This document shows, in pieces, positions 38,485 to 49,494 of a stretch of DNA of 64,000 nucleotides. The notes below the pieces were generated by a model. The model was not told the DNA's origin. It saw only the letters and a program-made list of their open reading frames with translations, and ran no database searches. The stretch is from Callorhinchus milii (taxonomy: Eukaryota): NCBI RefSeq assembly GCF_018977255.1, contig NW_024704743.1, forward strand, positions 87,608,001 through 87,672,000, read 5' to 3'. The translations under genes were made by a program, and so were the position numbers. How positions within the stretch are numbered: the stretch's first letter is position 1; each line of letters starts with the position of its first letter.

Positions 38485-38910
38485 CATGGCTCAGTTGGCA
38501 ACACTTGCCTTGGAGACAGAAAGCTGTGGGTTCAAGCTCCACATCATGACTTAGAACTCACATAGTCGAGGGTCTAGCATTCAGTGTGGTGTTGGGGTGT
38601 CTGTATTATTGGAGGTGCCGTTCTTTGGATGAGATGTTAAACTGAGGTTCCATCTGCCCGTTCAGGTGGATATTAAAGATCCCATGGCACTATCTGAAAG
38701 GAGAAGGGAATTTCTCCCAGTGAGTTGGCTAACAAATCCCCCAGATAAAATTCATCATTCATCATTCACGTCTTTTTGTGGGACATTACTGTGTGCAAAT
38801 TGACTGTCACATTTTTTACAAATATAGTAGCTACACTTCACAGTAAAACCCTTTCAAGCGATTTGAGATGTCTTCAAGTTAAGGAATTATGTCAAAGAAT
38901 TATTATTATT
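38485..38910 (+). mobile_element. Near full-length old Deu SINE (a further relic at ~39005..39210)
   Basis: TGGCTCAGTTGG A box, GGTTCAAGC B box, complete Deu body, tail. Confidence 0.88.
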
Positions 38911-40327
38911 ACCAATGCTGCATTTATGCTGCACCTTTGGGAGCAAATCACAGCAATTTTGAGAGTGTTTCAACATCAAATGTACAGTGTAATCTAGTCT
39001 GTCTTTTCAGTGAACATTAAAGATCCCATGGCAGTATTCAAAAAGAGAAGGGAGTTTCTCCTGGTGTCCAAGCCAACAACTGTCCAGATAAAATTGATCA
39101 TTCAAATAAGTTGTTGCGTGCAAATCGCCTGTCACATTTACTTACAAATACTCGGACTCTTCAACAAACATTCAAATCCCGTGAAGCATTTTGAGATGTT
39201 TCAATGACAAAGTATTAAATTAAACAAGGGTTCACCTTGTTGCCCAGACCTACATTTGCACTAAAATTTAATTGCAGTCTCAAAGCTAATCTTTAACAAA
39301 GCTGATTCCAGTTGTCATGTGAAACACGTAGATTAATTTTCTATTTTCCGTCAGAAGTCCAAAATAACAGAGGCAATCAGTTTGTTATGATATCATCTGT
39401 ATCATGTTCTATTTGTTATAAAAATCGTCTAAAATAAACAGATTTTTTTGGTTGAATTAAATCAAATAGACTGCAACACTGTTTGGAAATTTATGGCTGT
39501 TGATTTCATGTAGGATAAGCATAAACTTGCTATCCCTGAAATCTTTGAACTGAATTGCTTCAGCAATTAAATGTAAGCTTGGAGATTCTCATTTGTCTTG
39601 TGTATTGACACAGTGTAAGCCTGTCGGTCTGGGTTCAATTTGAATTGAGCTCTGCTTCAGAAGTGCTGTTCACCCCAGTGTATCAAGACTGATTTTCTGG
39701 TTGGAGCACGCTGCTATGTATATTTTATCAGTTATTTTTTTCCACCCGTCTCCACTTTATGGTGAGCCAAGACCATGGAGTGGGATTGAAACATATTCTT
39801 TGGTCTAATGAACTGTTGGGAGCAGGCTTGATGGGTTCAATGGCCTCCTCCTATTTCTTCCAAGGATTCCATCATTGTTAATCTTGAGTAAGAGTTACTT
39901 TAAGAGTTAAAAACATAAGACAAATATTTAATGCGAAAAAGCCATTGATCCTATCTGACCCGTTCCCCCCATAGTCCACACACCCACCTTATTTCGGACT
40001 TGATGCCACCACTTCTATTTTTTTAGAGACACACTCGGCATCATTCAAAAGATGATCAAGGAAAAATCCAAATATTCACCCATCCTCATACTGTTATCTT
40101 TCAAGCTGGGCTCCCCCCATTTTTCTTCCATGGAAACCCATCCCTCTCCAGACCAGTAGAGGAGAAAACCATTGCATTCTGTGTGAAAGTAACTCAACCG
40201 CTGGACACAGATCTCTCCAGCAATGCCACTCAACAAGACAAAGAGAAGCTGAAGGACAGAGTGGCTGAATGGCAAAAAGTAAGGGAATGGCTTGCTCAGT
40301 GAGGGCACAACAAGGATGACTCTAAAG

Positions 40328-40583
40328 TAGGGTGACCATATGTCCCCGATTTCCAGGGGCAGTCCCCGGATGAGGTAATGGGTCCCTGGCCAAATTTGCC
40401 CTGTCTTGAGATCAACAACAAACTCAGCAAGAAAAATACAATTCTAAAACAGATAATCTCATCAGAGAAATACAGCCAATAATCCAACAAGTTTCTCCAG
40501 TAAGGCCAGCATAAGAAATTGTAGTGAGTTCAATTCTTTTTATTTGTATCCCTGGATTTGGTTTACAAAATATGGTCACCATA
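40328..40583. mobile_element. Non-autonomous hAT (Blackjack/MER81-MER94-like) element
   Basis: TIRs TAGGGTGACCATAT (40328) and ATATGGTCACCATA (ends 40583), 13/14 match; subterminal GTCCCCG/CCAGGG motifs; 8-bp TSD not preserved. Confidence 0.7.
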
Positions 40584-40977
40584 AGGGAGACTAAGGAGGC
40601 CAAGATGATAAGAAATGAGAAAGAGGGCAAAGGAAGTGATTTTAACAAGCATGATGGGTGTAGGAGAGTGTCCAGAATGAAAGGAAAGTGACCTCATCCT
40701 GTCACGTTTTCACCCACTTTGGCTATTTTGTTTTCTTCTTATTTGTCTTCTCTCTCAAGGTGGCTTACATCAAGGTAATTGGCACATCACAAGCTGCCCT
40801 AAATAAGTCCAGATGTCTGTCAAATAGCTGCCGTGGAGGCTCTGAGGCTTAGAATGACAGCTGCTGGAAGGCAACACCTGGAGTCCAAGTTTGTGAATAA
40901 GCATTTAGATATCCAGGACTTGGAATCTATCTCAATGGGACCGAATGGTAAGCTGCTGCTTCTCAAATTAAGGCAAG

Positions 40978-41340
40978 CATTCTTCCTGCACAGCTCCTGT
41001 TAACCCTGCCAACCAAAGCCCTAATAGGTACAGTGGTCTTAGCTGGACAAGCAGCGGGAAGCTTGCCAGACAATGCTCTCTATGTGGTCTCAGTGAGCTA
41101 AACTATATCAATACTCCAACGCATACTCTTGGGACGTAAAGCCTTGGTCTTGCCAAACTGTGTCTAATACTTTTCCCGTCGTAGGTCTCTGTGAAGGGTG
41201 TGTCCCTTCAGGGACAGCGTGCGCATTGTATTCCAGACACAGGAAAATTTCCATGTGTAGGTGGCATACATATCTGGAATTCTCAATCTGGTTTGGATAC
41301 TCAAAAACACGGTGATGGGATTCTGCATGCTGACCAAAAC
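40978..41340 (+). repeat. Unclassified interspersed repeat, copy 3 of 5 (longest)
   Basis: Shares ATTCTTC..CTCCT.TTAACCC..AAAGCCCTA with 44481 and GTTTGGA.ACTC..GGTGATGGG..TGACCAA with 57395. Confidence 0.8.
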
Positions 41341-41709
41341 AAATCAAATAAGAATTATATGAAAGTAAACATGTCACAAAGCCTTCCAAACCCTTTTCTA
41401 TATCACCTATGTCTCCACACTGTTAATAGTAAAGAATAATATTATCACCTTCCTGACACCAATAGTCCACCATACTGCCATTGACATTGTTCTCAATGGT
41501 GAATGGTGAATATGTTGTGTATTTATCTGATTTCAGTTTATTGAAAGGCTGTCATCCACCCACTTAAAGAAAACAGGCTACAGAGGGTATTCATTAAACG
41601 GAAGTCAAATACACCATGTTACCATGTGTTTTTAAAGGAGTGGGCACACAAGGACACCGGCATGAGCGTAAGCACTGTGTGAAATTTGTGGTAGAGTACA
41701 ATATAGTTA

Positions 41710-42132
41710 TACTCATCTTCACCTACAAGGCCATTCACGGCCTTGCACCCTCCTACATCTCCGACCTACTATCCCCCTACTTAACTTTCCTCTGGCTTCG
41801 GTCTGTTCCACATCCCCCACCCTAACCGCCCTACCATTGGTGACCGGGCTTTCAGCCTCTCAGCCCCTAGGTTCTGGAACTCCATCCCCCAGTGCCTTCG
41901 CCTTGCCTCCTCCCTTTCCTCCTTCAAGGCCGGTCTCAAGACCTTTCTTTTCAACTGTGCCTTCAGCTCCCCTCTCGACTCTCTACCCACTCTTCGCTCC
42001 CTCCCTTCCCTCCCCTCACCCTGACCATTTCCCCACTGCTCGGGTCCCGACCCAACTGTCCAGCGCCTTGGGACGTCCTCCCAACGTGAAAGGCGCTCCA
42101 TAAATGCAATCTTGTTGTTATTGTTGTTGTTG
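41710..42132 (+). mobile_element. L2 (subfamily A) 3' fragment
   Basis: ILIFTYKAIHGLAPSY; highly similar to 12280..12706 and 62520..63043; (TTG)n tail. Confidence 0.95.
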
Positions 42133-43339
42133 TATACTGTAGTAAATTACCATCATCTTCAGTAGGAGAATACTTTACAAAGCACTTCCAATTGCCTTGA
42201 ATCCAATTCTCTCCACCACTCCAACATCAGTTTTACATGGCATTGTGTAACTTGTCATTGAATGTATTGTGTACATGCTAGTAAACTGTATGGTGTACAC
42301 TGTTCCAAAACTACATGTTTTAATGGCACAGCAAAACTCAAACTCGTGGATATTTGTATGGTATGGAAGAGTGCACCTACAAAAAACAGCAGCTAACAAC
42401 AGGAAATTTCATCTTGATATTCACGGACTTAACTTTATCACATCTTCCCAAATTGTGGCAGGCATCTTAATTAACATCATTAATGTTCAGTTGAAATTAA
42501 TATTTCAACTTCATAGTTTTATAGTTTAAGATTAGATAAAACTTCAGGTCACAATTTTGGATTTTAATTGTAATTTGCTCATCTCTTTGTGTTTCATTGA
42601 TTAACATTACAATGAGTCAGAATGTTTTTTCACTTTTTTTAGTCAGAAAGATCTTGTTATTAGATAACATTTTTAACAACTCTGGCAAATAAAATTGTTA
42701 AATTAGCCATTCTGATTTTGTTAAGAAAACAATAGCTGTTCAGCTTTACATGACATTTGTAACTTGCCACTGAATGTACCATTGAATGCATTGTGTACAT
42801 GGTAGACATTTGTCACAAGATCTGTTGGCTTCATGTGCACATCAGATGTCAGTGCATTTCAAAATAAATCAATGCTTCAGTGCTCATTGTCAAAGGCGCA
42901 AAGAAGACAAATGTTGTCACATCCATTGATGACACACAATCAATGGACAATGCTTCAGTTTTGGGACAGTGGATGAAGAAAATCATAGTTCATATTTGCC
43001 AAGTATATATTTGTAATAATAATACACAATAATAATCCTTACAGTTGGTATGGCGCCTTTCACATGGTGGGGCGGGGGACCAACGGACGGATGGGGACAT
43101 ATACGTCTCAAGTGCTTCACAGAATATATGGTAAAATGGAATATTTACGGCAAATTTATAACCCAAGGGGCACATTCTGCTGCTAATTAAAGCGTTCTTT
43201 GTGATAATTAAGACAAGGACTGCCTTAAGGAATACTGCAAATTTGTTCCTCACCTAATTAATGTTGGCATAAAGTCTATTCACTTACTTGAGTAATGAGC
43301 ACACTGCTCCTACTCTCCAATCCACCCAGCCACTCCTAC

Positions 43340-44202
43340 ATTTCATCTGGTGGCAGTGTACCCATACATTTCTTGCTGAGCTGTGCTGCTCAGCATACTG
43401 TTCTCGAGGACTTCCTGGTACCTCCTATCCGCCTAAATCTCATGGTTCTCACCTTCTCCACCTACGCGACCTCCACCTAAAACTCTCTGAACTTGTATGC
43501 AACCTAGGCGTCAGGTTCGACCCCCAATTGTCCTTCCTTCCCCACATCCGGTCCCTCACCAGCACCGCTTTCTTCCACCTCCGACGCATCGCCCGTCTCC
43601 GCCAATACCTCTCTCCGAAAGCCGTTAAAACCCTGGTCCATGTCTTTGTCATCTCTCGGCTGGACTATTCTAATGCCCTCCTCACCCGTCTCGCCTCCAC
43701 TACCATTCACAAAATCCAGATTATTCGAAACTCTGCCGCCCACATTCTCACCTGCACCAAACTCCGCTCCCTGATTACCCCAGTCCTTGCCAGACTGCAC
43801 TGGCTGTCTGTCACAGAGAGGATTGACCTCAAGATCCTCACCCTTGTCTTCAAATTCTACCATCCCTCTGCACCCCCCTACCTCTCTGGCCTCCTCTCTC
43901 TTCAAAACAGGGCCTGTTCCCTGCGTTCCTCTGGGTCTAGCCTCCTCCTTACCCCCCGAGTCCTCCGCTCCACCCTCAGCGGCCGTGCCTTCAGCCACTA
44001 TGCCCCGAGGCTCTGGAACTTCCTTCCTCACTCCCTTCACCTCAACGCCTCTCTTCCTATTTTCAGGTCTCTGCTTTCTTTTCGACCGCGCCTTTGGTCA
44101 CCTTCCTCCCCCTGCTTCGGCCCCGGGATCCGTTACTGTGAAGCGCTCTGAGACCCCTTCCGGCGTGGAGGGTGGTATATAAATACAAGTTGTTATTATT
44201 GT
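43340..44202 (+). mobile_element. L2 (subfamily B) ORF2 C-terminus and 3' end
   Basis: Open frame NLGVRFDPQLSF..FFHLRRIARLR..SRLDYSNALL..LHWL..APPYL..RAFSHYAPRLWNFLP. Confidence 0.95.
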
Positions 44203-44480
44203 TTCAGTGAGAGATGAAACTTGTGGTTGGCAGATGTTTAATGATTAACTAAACATATTTTTCTTGTGTGGAGATAACTGGGGACTCCTTGACGCTGAGT
44301 TGGCTCTAAGGTGATATGTCTGGCCAAGGAAGATTGCAATCACCCGTCAATTCTGTGTCTTGATAATTTGGTTCCTGAGCCAGGCAGGGCCGCAGTACTG
44401 CAGAACACTGCTGATGATGGACCCGCCAGCCTAGTTAATTATTAGGTTTTGGAAGAGTAAATCAGTTACAGGGGAATGGG

Positions 44481-44815
44481 ATTCTTCTCACTTGGCTCCT
44501 ATTAACCCAACAAACTAAAGCCCTAGCAAGTAAGGATTTTACCTGAATGAGCAGTGGGAAGTTTGCCAGTATTCCCAAAATAAATTTGTACAGATTGGCC
44601 TCAGCAATATCCCAATGCACAACCTGGGATTCCCAAGCCTTGGCTCTTTCTACTTTGCACCTAAACTCTTTCGGATTAAGTGAACAGGGTGCATCCCTCT
44701 GAGAAAAGAGTGCATACTCCAACCCAGACAAACAGAAACCAAACCTATGAAGAACTCTTAGTAGTTTGGCTTGGAGACTATTATACATGGTAATTGGTTT
44801 CTGAGTGTGCAGCAA
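44481..44815 (+). repeat. Unclassified interspersed repeat, copy 4 of 5
   Basis: CTGGGATTCCCAAGCCTTGGCTCTT...CAGACAAACAGAAACC...TTGGAGACT. Confidence 0.85.
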
Positions 44816-44859
44816 ACAGGATGCTGGGATATGTTGCTAAATCAGTTGAATTTAGATCC

Positions 44860-45665
44860 CCATACATCATAGTCAGCCTGTGCAGTGTTCTGGTCAGACC
44901 ACACTTAGTACTGCATACAGTTCTGAACACAACATAAGAGAACTGCCCAAGCATTGCAGACGAGAGCAACAAGGATGATTCCTAGGAATGAGCTAAGAGC
45001 AACGATTAGACAATCTGGGCTCTTCAGTCTTGAGAGAAGATGATTCAGAGGGGACCTCAGAGAGGTGTATAACATTTTAAATCGGATTGAAAACGGAAAC
45101 CAGATCAATACGTTAGGATGCATCAAAACAGTAGAACAATAGGGCATAATAATAGTAATAATAATAATAATCCTTGAATTTGACATAGTGCCTTATTGCA
45201 TCTTTGAGACATCTCAAAGTGCTTCACGGGATACACTGCAATTGACTGTGTTTTGTGGGTGAGACGCGGCGGTCGATTGCGCACAGCAGTGTCCCACAAA
45301 CAGTCGTGGACTGAGCGAACAAAGTACTATTTTTCTTTTTGTGGAGGAGCTATTACCCCTGGAAAAGAGATCTGCGAATCGAGTAACGACTGGGCTCCCA
45401 TTCACTGCTTGGGAAACAAAGGCATATGTGTGGAGTAAGGAAACTTGCCCAATGTTTCACCCTGACCCGCCCAGGAATCCAACCCAGAATAATCCTTCCC
45501 CTTCACTTATAATAGAGTTGTAAAAGGCAATTTCAGGACAGATACCAGGAAGGTATCACTGGACTCATTTAAGTGGCAAAAGGGACTGTAGGGTGGGTGT
45601 TTTGGACGGATGAGATTGAATGGTCTGAAGAGTCTTCTTCATCCAGCCTGATCTTGTGCTCTTGT
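44860..45665 (+). mobile_element. CR1 3' fragment interrupted by a long-form SINE (-, ~45147..45490)
   Basis: VRPHL.YC, RATRMIP, LFSLERR..RGDL.EVY motifs; CR1 resumes at ~45505 and ends TCTTGTGCTCTTGTG. Confidence 0.8.
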
Positions 45666-46939
45666 GTCAGACACCCGTATGACTGAAAGAATATACAGTT
45701 CAGCTGCTGTCCATCTTGTAAATAAAACACATGGTAGGCAAAAACATATATTCTCTAGTTGATTTTCCCAATATAAACTCACAGCATTTGCAAATCAGCA
45801 GAGAATCAGATGCGCTTGTGTGCCAAAGTCAGCAAATTAACTAGTGGCCAAAGAATCACCTCCTTCAATCCAGGAGTGATTACATCAGTATGGCTGAAAA
45901 AATGTTTAAATGTTGCTTTAGGTCATTAGAGATGATACAGTGCTATGAAATTGAACATTTCCGCTCGGAAGGACTCCATTTAGGTCAAAGATTAAAGCAA
46001 TAAGAACAGGGAAGTTTTGACAACAAGTGTCATCATCACGGAGTCCCAAGGTGCCACGTTTGATATGGCACTAGCCTGTCCTGCCATGAAAAATGGATGT
46101 AGAATTTAATCCCATCCTCAGAAAAGCACTTTCAATAGCACTTCATACCAACCAGCCTTGTAGCACCTTTGAGTTAGATTTTTCCAATTTACTGCCAATT
46201 CATGTTGAAACATGGACAGGGTTATGGCGGCACAGACCACAAGCTACCTTGCAACCAACCTATCTTCTTTCAAATAGAACATTTCCAGACAGCAGAGAGA
46301 GGAGCATTTCATTCCGTCACCCTGCACTGCATTTGAACAGACTCCCCAGAGGTGAAAGAACACTGTGCTAATCCAACCAGTTTTCCCATACAGAACAACA
46401 AAGTGGTGTATCATATTGCTGTATGTAGAGAGTTCAGAATATCCATTGCAATGCTTTCACGTTCCTTCATGAGAAGTAATTGTTGGAAGCCCTATGGAAA
46501 ACTGAAGCAGTTAATCTATTTTAGTGCTCCATGGTTCAGGTGGCAAAGTGGAGATTTATTAAGTCCACTGTAAGATATTAGCTCGCTGGTAGTACTGGGG
46601 TGCTAATGCATGTGATTAAATGGCATCATGTGGAAAAACTGCAACATTAACATTAATATGAGGGGCAACAGACCTGCAAAATATTCACAATAGCTGGATT
46701 TTTTAAAAAAGTATTTTCTAAACCTCTGTAAGGTTTAGAGTGGAAAACATGGCACGTACTTCCCTCTGTGAGATTCACACACTCTTACTGGTTAAGCAGA
46801 CACAACTAATCTCATTTATTTCTTCTTGTGATGGTTTTATTTGAATAATATTAAAAGTGATGTTTTATACATTTCAGCGATTTCAACCTATTTTGTCAAA
46901 TGTCTCTCAAGATGCAATTCTATCGTCCAGCCAATGGAG

Positions 46940-47100
46940 GGATAATAATAATCCTTACAATTGGTACAGCACTTTTCACATCAGGAGGATGTCTCAAAAC
47001 ACTTTACAGGATATGCTATAAAATGGAATGTTTGTGTGTTTGTAGGCAAACGGGGTAGCCAATTTGCAAACAAAAATGTCCCAGAAACCAAGTGAATAAG
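46940..47100 (-). mobile_element. Deu SINE 3' relic
   Basis: Reverse-complement tail and GCCAATTTGCA..AATGTCCCA. Confidence 0.7.
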
Positions 47101-47336
47101 TGAGTGCATTTCCACGATCAGTTTAACTGACTAATTTGAAAAACTGCAGAGTGAAAGAAGGGATTTTCGTTACATATAACATGCTGCTTAATGGTCAGCA
47201 TTGAGATTTACAATATAAACCCCTTGGGATGGGAAACCCAGGTGCAAAAGTGTCCTCCTGCCTTACAAATCAGGGCAAACAACCAATATCAGTTAATAAA
47301 TACAACTTAGTGCAGGCATGTTTGTTATACATTTGT

Positions 47337-47655
47337 GGAGTCCTGTAGCTCAGTGGTTAGAGCACTCTCCTTGCAAGCGAGAGACCTGAGTTCAATTCCA
47401 GACAGGGTGAAACCTTGGGCAAATTTCCTTACTCCACACGCCTAATAATAATCCCTCCAAAACCAAAAACAATAATAAATTGGTCATTTTTAATCTACGA
47501 CTGTTTGTGGGACATTGCTGTGCGCAATTGGTTGCCGCGTTCGCCCACAAATATACAGTCAATTCACTTTACAGTGTGTTCTGTGAAGCGCTTTGGGACG
47601 TCCTCCCGATATGAAAAGCGCTATATCAAATGCAAGGATTATTATTATTATTATT
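47337..47655 (+). mobile_element. Young tRNA-derived SINE, short form, full length
   Basis: A/B boxes, family body, (ATT)n tail. Confidence 0.95.
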
Positions 47656-47975
47656 TTCCTCTAATAAATACTTCCTATAGCTTTCTCATTGTTAATTTGT
47701 CATCCGCTGTTAATGCACAAGAAAGAAGGCAGCTGCAATGTGATGAAGGGAATTTTCAAATATAGTGAAAAGCTCCCATAGATTTATATCAGAGATCATG
47801 TTTCATATTCAAAATTGCTAAGACAGAGACTGTCTCACAGTTTGGGAAAATAACCTTATTCAGATCGTAAATAATACATTGTGTGTTAATTCCCATGTCA
47901 TATTGCATCAAGTGATGTTAATTCAGGACAGAGAGAACACTGAAATACTTGCACACACAAGCTATGCAGGGATGG

Positions 47976-48388
47976 ACATAAGAACATAAGAAATAGGAGC
48001 AGGAGTAGACCATTCGGCCCATTGAACCTGCCCTGTGATTTAATAAGATCATGACTGATCTACTAATCTAATTCCATTTACCTGCCCTATCCCCATATCC
48101 CTTAATCCCTTAATCCCTTTAATTTTTAAAAATCTATCGATCTCAGTCTTGAACATGTTCAATGACTGAGCATCCACAGCCTTCTGGGGTAGAGAATTCC
48201 ATAAATTCACTACCTTCTGAGTGAATAAATGTTTTCTCAACTCAGTTCTAAAGGGCTGACCTTCAATCCTGAGACATGACCCCTAGTTTTAGATTCTCCA
48301 ACCAGGGGAAACAGTCTCACACTATCTACCCTGTCAAGACCCTTAGGAATCTTATAGGTTTCTATAAGATCACTCTAATTCTTCTAAC
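47976..48388 (-). mobile_element. CR1 LINE 3' end
   Basis: RKHLFTQKVVNLWNSLPQKAV..FKTEIDRFL; (TTCTTATG)n tail. Confidence 0.92.
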
Positions 48389-48496
48389 AGACAGTTTGGT
48401 TAGCCGGTCAATTCAAATTGATCATCTATGGATGAATGGCTTCTGACTGTATCTACATTTAAAGTAGGTATAGCAATTTGCAAATAAATAGTTTCA

Positions 48497-48760
48497 TACA
48501 ACAACAACTTGCATTTATATAGCGCCCTTCACGGAAGGCTTAACAGCAGCATGGTTTGGCAAAGGGAGGAGGTGACTGAAGGCACAGTCGAAGAGGAAAA
48601 TCTTCAGGTGCGATTTGAAGAGGGGCAGAGAGGGGGCACGATGGAGGGTTCAAGGCAAGGCATTTCAGAAATGTGGGGCATAATGGCTGAAAGCACAGTT
48701 GCCAATTATGGAGCAGAGGGGACGAGGGACATGCAGCGGACCTGAGCCAGCTGAGCAAAG
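48497..48760 (-). mobile_element. L2 (subfamily B) 3' fragment
   Basis: CAACAACAACTTGCATTTATATAGCGCCCTTCACG tail and purine-rich body. Confidence 0.8.
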
Positions 48761-49494
48761 GCGGCAGGTAGAGGGGAGGTGTGATACAATCGGCAAGGTT
48801 GTAAGCTACTAGCACTTAAAAAGTATATGTTGTGTTATTTTTGATGTGATAAGTCGATTTTATCACAACATATTCTTACATGAAGTAGCATCACACACAG
48901 AATGCTAAAATGGGCAAATGCCTATTACTATTTTAAGTTTCGAATAGCTCGGTGCATTCTTGTTTTACTTTACAACTTGGGGATTCTTTTTATTCTTGTG
49001 TGTTGTGAGAGATGGTGCATTACAATGATTTTTCCAAGGTCAGTGTTACAATATTTCTGCTATGCCAATCCTCAGACCACCATTTCTCCCTTGTGAGGGC
49101 ACACCGTTACGTCTCTTCAATCAGCCACCTGTCAACTCTCTGGATCCAGCCAGAGCTAACTCACAGACATTGAGAAGTCAACAATTTTAACTGCATGTGT
49201 GAGAGAGATAGAGAGCCAGAGAGATGGAAGCAAAGAGTGAATAAGAATCTTAGACTGTGAGATCCATCTCACCAACTCCCCTTCCTCCTCCCTCACAGGC
49301 ACACACTGTCAAGCTTCCGCCCCACGTTGCCAACTGAGATAGGTTACAAAACATTATATAGGGGTGAAATTTAAAAGTGTTGTGGGTGTGGGCACAATGT
49401 TGTGTTCCAGCACGTGATAATTTTTGTGTCTCACTTCCTTGTAATAACCTTGAATTATCGCTTACAATATTTCTGCTATGCCAATCCTCAGACC

